64,000 nt of DNA from Gemmatimonadales bacterium (lineage in GTDB: Bacteria; Gemmatimonadota; Gemmatimonadetes; Gemmatimonadales; GWC2-71-9): assembly GCA_037189525.1 (NCBI GenBank), contig JBBCJC010000003.1, positions 352,001-416,000 on the forward strand, written 5' to 3'. The notes beneath the pieces are model-generated. The model made no database searches, had not been told where the DNA came from, and saw only the letters and a program-made list of their open reading frames with translations. The translations under genes were made by a program, and so were the position numbers. Of the stretch, positions 46,971 to 57,551 are shown piece after piece. The first letter of the stretch is position 1; every line of letters begins with the position of its first letter.

Positions 46971-48611
46971 ATGTCCGGTTCCGCACCACCTCCCGTTCCG
47001 CTGTCGCCCTCTCGACCTCCCAAGCAACTGCTTGGCGATGCGCTCGAGCGTGAGCGCGCCGGTGATATACCCGGCGCGACGGCGCTCTATCGGCACGCGA
47101 TCGAACGAGCCGAACCGGCCGGCGACGCGGTCTCGCACGCCGTAGCGCTCCGGCGCTTGGCGGTGCTGGCCCATTTTGCCAATCAGCCCGACGAGGCGCA
47201 CAGCCTGGCGCAGGAGAGTCACGCGGTGGCTCATCGCGCCGGCGATCCGATCCGTGCCGCCGAGGCGCTCAACGTGCTTGCCGGCTTTGCGCTCGAACGT
47301 GGCGACCTCGACGACGCGGAAGCCCTCTACGGCGAGGCCGGTATGCTGGGCGCCGAAGATCGTCTGCTGGCCGGCCGGGTGGCGCAGAATCGCGGTATCA
47401 TCGCCAACGTCAAGGGCGACTGGGTCGCCGCCACCAACCACTATCGCCGCTCGCTCGACGAGTTCGTCGCGGCTGGCGACGACTCGAGCTGCGCCATTGC
47501 CTATCACAACCTGGGCATCGTCACCGCGGATCACGGCGACCTGAACCGCGCCGACGACTACTATCGGCAGGCCCGCGCCTTAGCCGAGCGCGTCGGCGAC
47601 GTCCGGCTCGGCGCGTCGGTCCAGCTCAATGCCGCCGAGGTCCGGATTGCGCGGGGCGAAGGCGAACACGCGCTCCGCGAGGCAAACGCGGCGCTCCAGG
47701 TCTTTACCAATCTCGGTTCCGAACTCGACAAGGTGGATGCCTACCGGGTGGTCGGTATGGCCTACCGCCTGATGGGGCAGCGGCAGTTGGCCGAGGCGCG
47801 ACTGGTCGACGCCGTCGCGCTGGCCGAACGGACCGGCTCATCGCTGGCGGAGGCCGCTGCGGTTCGAGAACTGTCGTTGCTCTATCACGACCTGGGGCGC
47901 AATCAGGACGCCTTACGTGGCCTGACCCGGGCGCATCGGCTCTTTACCCGGCTCGACGCACGCCGCGAACTGGTCGACATCGCGCAGAAGGTGCGGACGC
48001 TCGAAAACACCTATCTCTCGGTGGTACGGGATTGGGGTCGCTCGATCGAATCGGCCGACAGCTACACCTTCGGCCACTGCGAGCGGGTGGCTCGGTTCGG
48101 CGTGCTGGTCGCCTCAGCGCTAGGTGCGGACGAGATGGCGACCCGGACCGTGCAACTGGGCGCCTACCTGCACGATCTCGGTAAGGTGCGCGTGCCGCAT
48201 GAGATCCTGAGCAAGCCGGGGCGATTGACGGACGAGGAGTTCGCGGTGATCAAACGGCATCCCGAGTGGGGTGAGGAACTGCTGGTCGAGGTGGAGTTTC
48301 CCTGGGACCTCAAGCCGGTGATCCGCTGGCATCATGAAAAACTCGACGGGACCGGGTATCCCGATCGCCTCGCCGGCGATCGGATCCCGCTCAGTGCGCA
48401 GATCATTTGTGTGGTCGATGTCTGGGATGCGCTGACGACGACGCGCAGCTACCGGGCTGCCATGGATCTCGATCGGGCGCTCGGGATCATGGAGGAGAGC
48501 CGTCACTGGTGGCGGCCCGAGGTCTACCAGGCGTTCCAGGCCGCGGTCCCGGCGGCGACACCGGTCGACCCGGCCCGCCGGCAGGACGCGGTCGCGGCGC
48601 CGGGCGGGTGA
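46971..48611 (+). CDS. TPR-domain HD-GYP cyclic-dinucleotide phosphodiesterase
   Basis: N-terminal TPRs; YTFGHCERVA, LHDLGK, HHEKLDGTGYP, VVDVWDALTTTRSYR. Confidence 0.92.
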   Translation: MSGSAPPPVPLSPSRPPKQLLGDALERERAGDIPGATALYRHAIERAEPAGDAVSHAVALRRLAVLAHFANQPDEAHSLAQESHAVAHRAGDPIRAAEALNVLAGFALERGDLDDAEALYGEAGMLGAEDRLLAGRVAQNRGIIANVKGDWVAATNHYRRSLDEFVAAGDDSSCAIAYHNLGIVTADHGDLNRADDYYRQARALAERVGDVRLGASVQLNAAEVRIARGEGEHALREANAALQVFTNLGSELDKVDAYRVVGMAYRLMGQRQLAEARLVDAVALAERTGSSLAEAAAVRELSLLYHDLGRNQDALRGLTRAHRLFTRLDARRELVDIAQKVRTLENTYLSVVRDWGRSIESADSYTFGHCERVARFGVLVASALGADEMATRTVQLGAYLHDLGKVRVPHEILSKPGRLTDEEFAVIKRHPEWGEELLVEVEFPWDLKPVIRWHHEKLDGTGYPDRLAGDRIPLSAQIICVVDVWDALTTTRSYRAAMDLDRALGIMEESRHWWRPEVYQAFQAAVPAATPVDPARRQDAVAAPGG

Positions 48612-48641
48612 GGCCCCACACCGAACGCACCCCAAAACCAA

Positions 48642-48673
48642 ACGCGCCAGGGAACAGAAGTTCCCTGGCGCGT
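48642..48673 (-). terminator. 14-bp perfect hairpin, probable tRNA or bidirectional terminator
   Basis: ACGCGCCAGGGAAC-AGAA-GTTCCCTGGCGCGT; T-rich tail on the minus strand. Confidence 0.7.
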
Positions 48674-48720
48674 CGGTCGATTCGGAGTGGGCGGAGCCCA
48701 CGAAAGCTTGCTGACTGATC

Positions 48721-48805
<85 letters not shown>

Positions 48806-48815
48806 GCGGAACGCA

Positions 48816-48881
48816 AACCTAGAGGAGCCAAGCAGTTAAGGCAAGTCGTGCGTTGCACCTGCCCGACACCCTTCCTATCTT
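48816..48881. promoter_or_regulatory. Divergent sigma70-like promoters for the tRNA (-) and smpB (+)
   Basis: Minus: TTGCCT-N17-TAGGTT (48844-48816); plus: TTGCAC-N17-TATCTT (48853-48881). Confidence 0.55.
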
Positions 48882-48899
48882 CAAACGGGAGAGAGGTTT

Positions 48900-49385
48900 A
48901 TGGCCAAGGGTGCCACGGAGGCAAAGCGGGCGGACGGGCGGATTCCGGTGGCACGGAATCCGCGAGCCACCCATGACTACCATATCCTGGAAACGCACGA
49001 AGCGGGCATCGTGCTGTCCGGGACCGAGGTGAAGAGCCTTCGGCAGGGCAAGGCCTCGATCAAGGAGGCGTTCGGGGTGGTCCGCAATGGTGAGGTGTGG
49101 CTGGAGGGCATGCACATCACGCCATACGAGCAGGGTAACCGGTACAACCATGTTCCGGTGCGGACCCGAAAGCTCTTGATGCATCGGCAGGAAATCGAAC
49201 GGCTGATCGGGGCGACCGAACAGAAGGGCTGCACCCTGGTTCCGCTCGAGTTGTACTTCAAAGATGGTCGCGCCAAAGTGGCGCTCGCGTTGGGGAAGGG
49301 GAAGAAAGTGCACGACCGTCGGGAAGACCTGAAACGCCGCATTGCCGATCGTGAAATGGCACGCGGCTACAAGGGGCGGGAATGA
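48900..49385 (+). CDS. smpB: SsrA-binding protein
   Basis: EAGIVLSGTEVKSLR, RTRKLLMH, GKGKKVHDRRE. Confidence 0.97.
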   Translation: MAKGATEAKRADGRIPVARNPRATHDYHILETHEAGIVLSGTEVKSLRQGKASIKEAFGVVRNGEVWLEGMHITPYEQGNRYNHVPVRTRKLLMHRQEIERLIGATEQKGCTLVPLELYFKDGRAKVALALGKGKKVHDRREDLKRRIADREMARGYKGRE

Positions 49386-50653
49386 CTCTCGGAGCACTGG
49401 TCTGGCTAGCGGCCTCGGGCTTTGCGGCAACGTCGGCGCCCATGGCGCTGACCGTTGCCACGGCCCGGGGCGAAGCCAAGATCTCGGTGCGGTCCGATCC
49501 GTCCGCCGGCCCGGTCGTGGCGGCCACGGCATTGATTCCGTGGCTCGACGGTCAGGTGCGTGTCGCCGGTGCGTGGGCCGAGGTCGAGGTGGCGCGGCAG
49601 TCGTTCCGGCTGCTGATCGGTGCGCCGTACTATACGGTGGGGCCGGCGGTGAAGCCGCTGGTCGGCGCGGCCGTGGTGCGGCGCGATACCCTGTTCCTGC
49701 CGATCCACTTCGTCACCCACGTCCTGCCGGCCGAACTCAAAACCCGCTATCGCTATTCGGCCGGGGCGGCACGCCTCGAAGATCTCGCCGCGACCCCGAC
49801 GGTGGCGCAGCGGAACGCGCCGGCTCGCGGATCCGCGGCGCCTGCGACTATGCCCCCGTCGACGCCGTCGAACACGGCCAATCGCGACGCTCGCTATCTG
49901 CCTAACGGCCTGCTGCGAGGCCAGGTGGTCGCGATCGATCCCGGGCACGGCGGGGTGGACCCGGGCAACCCGGGCACCTTCTTCCCGCGCGGCCTCAAAG
50001 AAAAAGATGTCGTGCTGCAGATCGGACTCTTGCTGCGAGAGGAACTGCAGAAGCGGGGCGTCGGCGTGATCATGACGCGGACCACCGATACGCTGATCGA
50101 CCTCAGGCATCGGGGATCCTACTGCTCCGATCGGTGCAGCCTGTTCGTCAGCCTGCACGTCAACTCGCTGCCGCGCCGTCCGGGCTATCAGAACGCGCGC
50201 GGTTTCGAAACCTTCTTCCTGGCGGACGCCAAAACGGAAGATGCGGCACGGGTGGCGCGGATGGAGAACGAAGCGGTCCGCTTCGAGACCTCGAACGACG
50301 GTCCGACCGTCGGCGGGCTGGACTTCATCCTGAAGGATCTCCAGCTCAACGAGCACCTGCGGGAATCCGGCCGGCTGGCCGAGCTGATGCAATCGCATCT
50401 GGCCGAAGTGCATAGTGGGCCGAATCGGGGCGTCAAGCAGGCGGGGCTGATGGTGCTCAATACCGCCCGACGGCCGGCCGTCCTGGTCGAGCTCGGCTTC
50501 AGCACCAACCGCGAGGATGCGCGCCTGATGACGACACGAACCGGGCAGCGGAACCTGGCGCAGTCGGTCGCGGATGCGGTGGTGAGTTATCTGCTCGAAT
50601 ACCAGCGTCGGGTCGGCTCGATGGCAGCCGGTACCCCGGGTGCGCGGGAGTGA
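49382..50653 (+). CDS. N-acetylmuramoyl-L-alanine amidase (Amidase_3)
   Basis: IDPGHGGVDPG, EKDVVL, FVSLHVN, PAVLVELGF. Confidence 0.93.
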   Translation: MTLGALVWLAASGFAATSAPMALTVATARGEAKISVRSDPSAGPVVAATALIPWLDGQVRVAGAWAEVEVARQSFRLLIGAPYYTVGPAVKPLVGAAVVRRDTLFLPIHFVTHVLPAELKTRYRYSAGAARLEDLAATPTVAQRNAPARGSAAPATMPPSTPSNTANRDARYLPNGLLRGQVVAIDPGHGGVDPGNPGTFFPRGLKEKDVVLQIGLLLREELQKRGVGVIMTRTTDTLIDLRHRGSYCSDRCSLFVSLHVNSLPRRPGYQNARGFETFFLADAKTEDAARVARMENEAVRFETSNDGPTVGGLDFILKDLQLNEHLRESGRLAELMQSHLAEVHSGPNRGVKQAGLMVLNTARRPAVLVELGFSTNREDARLMTTRTGQRNLAQSVADAVVSYLLEYQRRVGSMAAGTPGARE

Positions 50654-51537
50654 CGATCACTCACGCTGGCGGCGCGCCCATCGCCCTCTTCGGAACCACC
50701 TTTCAGAACCCGATCATTCTGGCAGCCGGCACGGCGGGGTTTGGTCGTGAGTTGGCCCGGACCATCGATCTCGAGTCGCTGGGCGGGCTCGTGTCCAAGG
50801 CGGTGTCCCTCGACGCCCGGTCGGGCAACCGATCTCCTCGGGTCGGCGAATTTCCCGGCGGGATGATCAATGCGATCGGCCTGGCCAATCCCGGTCTTGC
50901 GCAGGTGACGAGTGCGGAGCTGCCGTGGATGGTCGAGCACCTGAAGCAGGCCCGGTTTTTCGTCAACGTGGTCGGGTTCGTCGAAGACGAATATGTCCGG
51001 GTGATTGCCGGGCTCGACCCGATCGGCGGAATGGCGGGCTACGAGCTCAACCTGTCATGTCCGAACACCTCGGCCGGCGGGATCGAGTTCGGGGCCGATC
51101 CCGAATCGGTGGCCCGGATCGTCGCCGCGTGCCGCGCGGCGACCCGGCGTCCGCTCCTTGCGAAGCTTTCGCCGGCCCTGCCTGATATTCCCGGTATGGC
51201 GGCGGCGGCGGTCGAGGCGGGCGCCGATGGGATCACGGTCGTCAACACCATGCCCGGGCTCGTCTACGAAGACGGCCACCCGCGACTCGGCAACGGCAAC
51301 GGCGGGGTGAGCGGTCCGGCGCTCCTGCCCGTCGGGTTGCTGGCCGTGAGCCGGGTTCGCCGGCGGTTGCCGAATACGCCGATCATCGGCCTGGGTGGGG
51401 TACGAACCATCGACCACGTTCATCAGTATCTTGCGTCCGGAGCCAATCTGGTGGGTATCGGGACCGCCGCTCTGGCGGATCCCCGCTTGCCCGAACGGCT
51501 GGCCCGGGCCTGGAGTCGGCCGCGTCGGGCCGCATGA
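50650..51537 (+). CDS. pyrD: Dihydroorotate dehydrogenase class 1
   Basis: NAIGLANPG, ELNLSCPN, KLSP, GGVSGPA. Confidence 0.92.
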   Translation: MTITHAGGAPIALFGTTFQNPIILAAGTAGFGRELARTIDLESLGGLVSKAVSLDARSGNRSPRVGEFPGGMINAIGLANPGLAQVTSAELPWMVEHLKQARFFVNVVGFVEDEYVRVIAGLDPIGGMAGYELNLSCPNTSAGGIEFGADPESVARIVAACRAATRRPLLAKLSPALPDIPGMAAAAVEAGADGITVVNTMPGLVYEDGHPRLGNGNGGVSGPALLPVGLLAVSRVRRRLPNTPIIGLGGVRTIDHVHQYLASGANLVGIGTAALADPRLPERLARAWSRPRRAA

Positions 51538-51564
51538 TCTCTTTCTCTCGCGCTGGCGTATGCT

Positions 51565-52242
51565 GTGGCTGATCTGATTCTGGCACTCGATCTGGATGAT
51601 GGCGCGGCGGCGCTGGCGTTGCTTCAACGTCTGCCCGACACGGCCTGGATCAAGATCGGGTCCGTCCTCTTTACCGGTGAAGGGCCGGCACTGGTCCGGG
51701 CGGTCAAAGCGCGGGGCCATCGCGTCTTTCTCGATCTCAAGTGGCACGACATTCCGAACACCGTCCGCGGCGCGGTACGTCAGGCCCGCGGTCTCGGGGT
51801 CGATATGGTGACCGTGCACACCCTGGGCGGCGAGGCCATGATGGCTGCGGCCAAGGAAGAGGCGGGCGACGACCTGGCGGTGGTCGGAGTGACCGTGTTG
51901 ACGTCGCACGACTCGGCGTCGTTCGGCGCGGTGCTGGGCCGGCCGGTCGTCGTGGAGGACGAGGTGGGTCGCCTGGTGGCGACGGCCAAGGCTGCCGGCA
52001 TCGACGGGGTGGTGTCATCGCCGGCGGAGGTTTCGCGCGCGGCGGCGGTCTTTGGTCCCGGGGCGCTCCTGGTGACGCCCGGGATTCGGAGCGCCACGGA
52101 TTCACGGGATGATCAGGCGCGGGTGGCCACGGTGGGAGAGGCCGTTCGGGCCGGGAGCACCCACTTGGTCGTAGGCCGGCCGGTATTGCGGGCGCCGGAC
52201 CCGGGGTTGGCGTGGGCGCGGCTGGCAGAGGAGCTGCCGTGA
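51565..52242 (+). CDS. pyrF: Orotidine-5'-phosphate decarboxylase
   Basis: FLDLKWHDIPNTV, VTVLTS, VTPGIR, VVGRP. Confidence 0.96.
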   Translation: MADLILALDLDDGAAALALLQRLPDTAWIKIGSVLFTGEGPALVRAVKARGHRVFLDLKWHDIPNTVRGAVRQARGLGVDMVTVHTLGGEAMMAAAKEEAGDDLAVVGVTVLTSHDSASFGAVLGRPVVVEDEVGRLVATAKAAGIDGVVSSPAEVSRAAAVFGPGALLVTPGIRSATDSRDDQARVATVGEAVRAGSTHLVVGRPVLRAPDPGLAWARLAEELP

Positions 52243-52685
52243 GTTGGGGCACGATGGTGTTGCTGGGGCTCCTGGGGGCGGGCGCTGGGGCCGGAAGCGG
52301 AGCCGTCGGTCAGCCCTCCGATCTGGGACGCCTGATGGAGACGGCCCGGGCCGCGTTCGAGCGCCGGGCCTTCGACGAACTGATCGACGACCGGCGCGCG
52401 GTCCGGCTCAAGCTCCCCGATCGGTCGGCCGGGGGTCTGGTGCGGGGGGCCGTTGCCTCCGCCGCATTGCAGGGGCTGGCCCGCCGGACCGATGATGTCG
52501 AGATCGTGGGGGTCGGCGCCGCCGTGGTGGAGCAGGGACACGGCTATCTGGAGCTCCGCCGCCGATTCCAGGTCCATGGTACGTCGGAAATCCAGACGCA
52601 CCGGATCCTGATCAGCGCCCGCTGGGAGGAGAATACCTGGCGGGTAACCGAGGTCTGGATCGCGCCGCTGGCCCCCATACCGTAG
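52239..52685 (+). CDS. Hypothetical exported protein (NTF2-like C-terminus possible)
   Basis: GTGA overlap with pyrF stop; hydrophobic N-terminus; WRVTEV end. Confidence 0.65.
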   Translation: MSWGTMVLLGLLGAGAGAGSGAVGQPSDLGRLMETARAAFERRAFDELIDDRRAVRLKLPDRSAGGLVRGAVASAALQGLARRTDDVEIVGVGAAVVEQGHGYLELRRRFQVHGTSEIQTHRILISARWEENTWRVTEVWIAPLAPIP

Positions 52686-52711
52686 CCGATTCCGTAACGT
52701 TTCCCTGAACC

Positions 52712-52740
52712 TTGCGATAACTCGTGCCCTGGGATAGCTT
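52712..52740 (+). promoter_or_regulatory. Sigma70-like promoter for the rpmJ-rplQ operon
   Basis: TTGCGA-N17-TAGCTT. Confidence 0.5.
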
Positions 52741-52776
52741 TACAAGCTACCCAGAAACCGGCGTTTGAGAGGGACG

Positions 52777-52893
52777 ATGAAGGTACGTTCGAGTGTCAAG
52801 CCGATCTGCGAACACTGCAAGGTGGTTCGCCGCCGGGGTGTGATCCGGATCATCTGCAAGCGCAACCCCAAGCACAAGCAGCGGCAGGGATAA
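52777..52893 (+). CDS. rpmJ: 50S ribosomal protein L36 (not in ORF track)
   Basis: Manual translation [38 protein letters not shown]. Confidence 0.97.
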   Translation: MKVRSSVKPICEHCKVVRRRGVIRIICKRNPKHKQRQG

Positions 52894-52895
52894 TC

Positions 52896-53276
52896 ATGGC
52901 ACGTATTGCTGGCGTCGACCTGCCGCGGGACAAGCGGGTGGAAACGGCGCTCACCTACATCTTTGGGATCGGGCTTCCCACCAGTCAGCGACTGATCGGG
53001 GAAACGGGCATCAATCCTGACACCCGGGTCCGTGATCTCTCGGACGCCGAGGTGGCCCGGCTTCGCCAGATGATCGAGCGGTCGGTGCGCGTGGAAGGTG
53101 CGCTGCGGACCGAGATCGCCATGAACATCAAGCGGTTGATGGACGTGGGCAGCTACCGCGGCACGCGTCATCGGCGTGGCTTGCCGCTTCGCGGCCAGCG
53201 GACGCATACCAATGCGCGGACCAAGAAGGGACCGCGTCGGGCCATTGCAGGTAAGAAGAAGGCGACGAAGAAGTAA
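52896..53276 (+). CDS. rpsM: 30S ribosomal protein S13
   Basis: [32 protein letters not shown]. Confidence 0.98.
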   Translation: MARIAGVDLPRDKRVETALTYIFGIGLPTSQRLIGETGINPDTRVRDLSDAEVARLRQMIERSVRVEGALRTEIAMNIKRLMDVGSYRGTRHRRGLPLRGQRTHTNARTKKGPRRAIAGKKKATKK

Positions 53277-53279
53277 GCT

Positions 53280-53744
53280 ATGACAGCTCCCGAGACTCCG
53301 ACGCCGGCGGCCGAAGCCGCGGCGCCCGCCGCCGAGAAGGCGGCCGAGAAGCAGGTCGCGCCCGTTGCCAAGGGTGGCAAGCGCGGCAAGAAGGTGGTCG
53401 AGGCCGAGGGCGTTGCCCACGTCTCCGCCACCTTCAACAACACCATCATCACGATCACCGACTCGCGCGGTAACACGGTCGCGTGGGGCACCGCCGGCAA
53501 GGCGGGGTTCAAGGGCTCGAAGAAGTCCACCCCGTTCGCAGCCACGGTGGCCGCTGAAGCGGTCGGTCGCGACGCCATGAACCTGGGCGTGCGGCGGGTC
53601 CATGTGCTGGTGCAGGGTCCCGGGAGCGGGCGGGAGTCGGCGGTCCAGGCGTTGGCGTCGGCCGGCCTCCGGGTCGTCTCGATCAAGGACGTGACGCCGA
53701 TTCCGCACAACGGCTGCCGTCCGCCGAAGAAGCGCCGGGTCTAA
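53280..53744 (+). CDS. rpsK: 30S ribosomal protein S11
   Basis: [38 protein letters not shown]. Confidence 0.98.
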   Translation: MTAPETPTPAAEAAAPAAEKAAEKQVAPVAKGGKRGKKVVEAEGVAHVSATFNNTIITITDSRGNTVAWGTAGKAGFKGSKKSTPFAATVAAEAVGRDAMNLGVRRVHVLVQGPGSGRESAVQALASAGLRVVSIKDVTPIPHNGCRPPKKRRV

Positions 53745-53792
53745 GCAGGCTGCCTGGTTGCCACTGCTCCTCGAAGGTAGGGGGTAAGGTCT

Positions 53793-54836
53793 ATGTCTAT
53801 TGATTTGACCGGTTTGGTCCGGCCCCACGTGGTCGAAATGACCCGCCGGGAGGACAACCCGAATGTCGCCGAGTTCCGGCTCCAGCCGTTGGAGCGGGGC
53901 TTTGGTCATACGCTGGGCAATGCGCTCCGTCGCATGCTGCTGTCATCGCTGCGCGGGTCGGCCGTCTGGGCGTTCCGCCTGGAGGGCGTGGTACATGAGC
54001 ACCAGACGGTGCAGGGTGTCCTGGAAGACGTCCATCAGATCGTGCAGCGCCTGAAGGCGCTGACGCTGGTGCTCGACGAGGATACCGACGAGGCGATTCT
54101 CCGGATTCGTCGCGAGGGCAAGGGGCCGGTGTACGCTCGGGACATTCAGCCGAACGCCAACACTCGGATCCTGAACCCGGATCACCTGCTGTTCACCATT
54201 CAGGACGATCGCGAAATCAGCTGCGATCTCTATGTGAACAAGGGCCGCGGCTACGTCGAGTCCGAGCTGCACCCGTCCGATCGGTCGTTGCCGGTCGACT
54301 TGGTGCGCATCGACGCGATCTACAATCCGGTCCGCCGGGCCAACTTCACGGTCAGCGAAACCCGCGTCGGTCAGCGGACCGACTACGACCGGTTGGCGGT
54401 GATGGTCGAGACCGACGGCACGATCACGCCCGAAGATGCGATTGCCTATGCCGCCGCGCTGGCGCAGGAGCACTTCCGGCATTTCGTCGAGTTCGGCAAG
54501 GTCCCGACCGCTCGCGCCTACACGGCGGAGACGGCGGCGGTCCTGGGCGGGCTCGGGGCGCAGCTCGGCCGGTTGATCGATGATTTCGGCCTCACGGTCC
54601 GCACCCTCAATTCCCTCAAGAACTCGAACATCCGGACCCTCAAGGATCTGGTCGAGTACTCGGAGAAGGAACTGCTCGACGTCAAGAACGTCGGGGAGAA
54701 GGCCGTGGCGGAGATCGGGGATTTGCTGCTCCGTGAAGGCCTCAAGTTCGGGATGAGTTTCGAGGAAGTCGACGGCGATCTCCGGGTCGTCAAGAGTGGG
54801 GTGGCCCCGACGATGGGCGCCGCCAACGGGAGTTGA
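53793..54836 (+). CDS. rpoA: RNA polymerase alpha subunit
   Basis: PLERGFGHTLGNALRR, RVGQRTDYD, alpha-CTD LTVRTLNSLK...NVGEKA. Confidence 0.97.
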   Translation: MSIDLTGLVRPHVVEMTRREDNPNVAEFRLQPLERGFGHTLGNALRRMLLSSLRGSAVWAFRLEGVVHEHQTVQGVLEDVHQIVQRLKALTLVLDEDTDEAILRIRREGKGPVYARDIQPNANTRILNPDHLLFTIQDDREISCDLYVNKGRGYVESELHPSDRSLPVDLVRIDAIYNPVRRANFTVSETRVGQRTDYDRLAVMVETDGTITPEDAIAYAAALAQEHFRHFVEFGKVPTARAYTAETAAVLGGLGAQLGRLIDDFGLTVRTLNSLKNSNIRTLKDLVEYSEKELLDVKNVGEKAVAEIGDLLLREGLKFGMSFEEVDGDLRVVKSGVAPTMGAANGS

Positions 54837-54839
54837 TAG

Positions 54840-55196
54840 ATGCGACATCGTTCTAAGGGGAGACAGCTCTCCCGTACGTCCGAACATCGGAAAGCCTTGC
54901 TCCGCAACATGGCAATCAGCCTGTTCCGGCACGACGGCATCGAGACCACCGTGGCCAAGGCCAAGGAACTGCGGCCGTACGCCGAGCGGCTGATCACGCT
55001 CGCGCGGCGGGGCGACCTGCATGCGCTCAGGTTGGCGGAGCGGAAGATTCAGGACCGCGCCGTCCTCAAGCGGCTCTTCAGCGAAATCGGCCCGCGCTTC
55101 GCGGCTCGACCCGGTGGCTACACCCGAATTCTCAAGCTCGGTCATCGGGTCGGCGATGGTGCCGACACGGCGCGGATCGAGTTGGTCACGGAGTGA
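54840..55196 (+). CDS. rplQ: 50S ribosomal protein L17
   Basis: MRHR..GRQL.R..HRKALLRNM, RPGGYTRI. Confidence 0.98.
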   Translation: MRHRSKGRQLSRTSEHRKALLRNMAISLFRHDGIETTVAKAKELRPYAERLITLARRGDLHALRLAERKIQDRAVLKRLFSEIGPRFAARPGGYTRILKLGHRVGDGADTARIELVTE

Positions 55197-55225
55197 CGGC
55201 GTTGATGCCCGTCGCAGATGTGAAG

Positions 55226-55252
55226 AAGGGGACCTTCGGGTCCCCTTTTTTT
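55226..55252 (+). terminator. Rho-independent terminator, probably bidirectional
   Basis: AAGGGGACC-TTCG-GGTCCCC followed by T7. Confidence 0.88.
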
Positions 55253-55318
55253 CGGTCGGTTGGTATCAAAAAGGCCGGTACGCAGGGGCGTGATGCCCTG
55301 GTACCGGCCGATGATGCG

Positions 55319-55534
55319 TCAGGCGACGGCTGCGGCCTGCTTCGTCGGGGCCCGGTGCACTTTGTTGCTGCGGATGCAGCTGGTGCACACTTTGACGCGC
55401 TTCGTCTCGCCGTCCACCAGGACACGGACGGTTTGAAGGTTCGGCATCCAGCGCCGCTTCCGCCGATTATTGGCGTGGCTCACATGATTGCCGGTTGCTG
55501 GTCCCTTACCGCAGACAGTGCAAATCCGTGCCAT
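55319..55534 (-). CDS. rpmB: 50S ribosomal protein L28
   Basis: [27 protein letters not shown]. Confidence 0.97.
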   Translation of the reverse strand: MARICTVCGKGPATGNHVSHANNRRKRRWMPNLQTVRVLVDGETKRVKVCTSCIRSNKVHRAPTKQAAAVA

Positions 55535-55557
55535 GACGATCGTTCTCCACTAGTTGA

Positions 55558-57534
<1,977 letters not shown>

Positions 57535-57551
<17 letters not shown>

